Source of the DNA: Peptococcaceae bacterium UBA5356
Lineage (GTDB): Bacteria; Bacillota; Peptococcia; DRI-13; DTU073
Length of the DNA: 56,927 bases
Assembly (NCBI GenBank): GCA_002407935.1
Contig: DHPU01000066.1
Span: 1 to 56,927, forward strand
Direction: 5' to 3'
In this document: positions 55,600-56,927 of the stretch, one piece after another
Layout: every line of letters starts with the position of its first letter
Numbering within the stretch: the stretch's first letter is position 1
Translations under genes and position numbers: made by a program
The notes under the pieces: generated by a model
Databases searched by the model: none
What the model saw: only the letters and a program-made list of their open reading frames with translations
What the model was told of the DNA's origin: nothing

Positions 55600-56880
55600 G
55601 TGCTTAAGGTGGTGATTATTGGGGGAGGATGGTCTGGCTGTGCGGCGGCGATTACGGCGAGGAAAGCCGGAGCAGAGGTAACTATTTTGGAGAAAACGGA
55701 TTTGTTGCTTGGGTTAGGCAATGTGGGCGGAATTATGCGCAATAATGGCAGATTTACGGCAGCTGAGGAAATAATTGCGTTGGGAGCAGGTGATTTGCTA
55801 GAGATCACGGATCGGGCGACCAGACATAAAAGTATTAATTTTCCGGGTCATAAGCATGCTTTTTTATATGATGTGGTTAAAGTAGAACCAATGGTACGGA
55901 AAAAGTTGACCGAAATGGGGATTAATATTCAACTGGAAAGCAGAGCGATCGATGTGGAGAAAGAGGGTGCCGGTATTAAGCAGATTATACTGGCGGATGA
56001 AAGTGTAGTAGAGGGCGATGTTTTTATTGAAACGACAGGGTCTACCGGTCCCATGGGAAATTGCCTGCGGTATGGTAATGGCTGTTCAATGTGTATTTTG
56101 CGATGCCCCTCTTATGGGCCGCGGATCAGTATCAGCCAGCGGGCGGGGGTAGAGGATTTGCTGGGACAGCGAGGGGATGAATCCTATGGTGCATATAGTG
56201 GATCTTGTAAGCTGGCACGGCACTCTTTGAGTCCGGAAATTGTGGAGCGGCTGGAAAAGGACGGAGTGGCAGTAGTTCCTGTCCCTGCCGAGGATATTAA
56301 CCTGAAAAAGTTGGATTACAAGGTATGTCAGCAGTATGCTCTCAAGGAATTTGCCGAGAATATTGTCTTGCTTGATACCGGTTATGCGAAGCTAATGACT
56401 TCTTATTATCCTTTGGAAAAATTGCGGAGGATTCCGGGTTTTGAATTTGCCCGTTATGATGATCCTTATTCGGGAGGAAAGGGTAACTCGATCCGTTATT
56501 TATCAATGGCGCCGCGTAATAATGCTTTGCAGGTTAAGGGATTGGATAATTTATTCTGTGCCGGGGAAAAGTCGGGTCTTTTTGTGGGTCATACTGAGGC
56601 GATGGCTACCGGTAGTTTGGCCGGACATAACAGTGTGCGCCTGTATCTGGGAATGCCGCTGCTGGAATTACCCAGATCCGTGGTACTGGGGGATTTAATT
56701 GCTTATGCTAATGAAATGATTGAAACCTCTGAAGGCTTAAAGAATCGCTATACTTTTTCCGGGGGGAAATATTTTGCGCGGATGCAGGAAAAAGATCTTT
56801 ACACGACAGAGGTTGAGGCTATTCATGCCCGCGTAAATAAAATTGGGCTGGGCCGTATTTTTGCCGAGAAATTCCTTTAA
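55600..56880 (+). CDS. FAD-dependent oxidoreductase of the GidA/TrmFO-like fold with an internal Cys cluster
   Basis: Dinucleotide motif VVIIGGGWSGCAAA. Cys cluster CLRYGNGCSMCILRC. C-terminal CAGEKSGLFVGHTEAMATGSLAG. GTG start 7 nt after the upstream stop codon. Confidence 0.65.
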   Translation: MLKVVIIGGGWSGCAAAITARKAGAEVTILEKTDLLLGLGNVGGIMRNNGRFTAAEEIIALGAGDLLEITDRATRHKSINFPGHKHAFLYDVVKVEPMVRKKLTEMGINIQLESRAIDVEKEGAGIKQIILADESVVEGDVFIETTGSTGPMGNCLRYGNGCSMCILRCPSYGPRISISQRAGVEDLLGQRGDESYGAYSGSCKLARHSLSPEIVERLEKDGVAVVPVPAEDINLKKLDYKVCQQYALKEFAENIVLLDTGYAKLMTSYYPLEKLRRIPGFEFARYDDPYSGGKGNSIRYLSMAPRNNALQVKGLDNLFCAGEKSGLFVGHTEAMATGSLAGHNSVRLYLGMPLLELPRSVVLGDLIAYANEMIETSEGLKNRYTFSGGKYFARMQEKDLYTTEVEAIHARVNKIGLGRIFAEKFL

Positions 56881-56927
56881 AGGGCAAAGATGTGTGCCTT
56901 CGTCGTTTCGCTTCTTCATACAGAACA

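Overview
This window looks like a core chromosomal segment of a spore-forming Firmicute with Clostridia-type gene order. That assignment is an inference from synteny and from a SASP gene, not a database result.

Gene content from left to right:
- A three-tRNA cluster.
- tig-clpP-clpX, then an alpha/beta-type SASP gene on the minus strand that the ORF track missed, then lonB-lon-engB.
- An opuA-type betaine ABC transporter (opuAC-AB-AA) and a convergent substrate-binding lipoprotein.
- A T-box-controlled valS, then folC and a SPOR-domain protein.
- rex, followed by a module of two DRTGG proteins, a PHP protein and a GHKL ATPase, with no hydrogenase nearby.
- DUF4321-maf-radC-mreBCD-mrdA-minCDE-rodA.
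- Two secreted proteins of unknown function.
- A 1064-aa fusion protein: CaCA exchanger, alkaline-phosphatase-like domain and a polytopic C-terminal region.
- A GH18 hydrolase, a ferredoxin, mecA and a GT28 glycosyltransferase.
- An aroF-tyrA-aroA-aroE-aroC-aroB operon.
- A tRNA-Pro(CGG) carrying a decayed, AT-rich insertion of about 3.5 kb.
- A two-gene flavoprotein pair (PyrK-like and GidA/TrmFO-like).

Candidates for something new, best first:
1. The tRNA-Pro island. It is bounded by 142-bp direct repeats that duplicate the 5' end and promoter of the tRNA. It carries a RelE/ParE-superfamily toxin module, two paralogous small proteins, an IS fragment and a gutted large serine recombinase.
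2. A hairpin-plus-palindrome DNA motif shared by the island's recombinase promoter, the island's right junction and the host opuA promoter.
3. The CaCA/AP-like/polytopic fusion protein, together with a 26-nt perfect repeat that makes a nearby plus-strand transcript complementary to its mRNA.
4. The rex-linked orphan regulatory module.
5. A possible aromatic-codon leader and attenuator upstream of aroF.

No CRISPR array or rRNA was seen. All family assignments come from reading motifs in the supplied translations and need a homology search to confirm.
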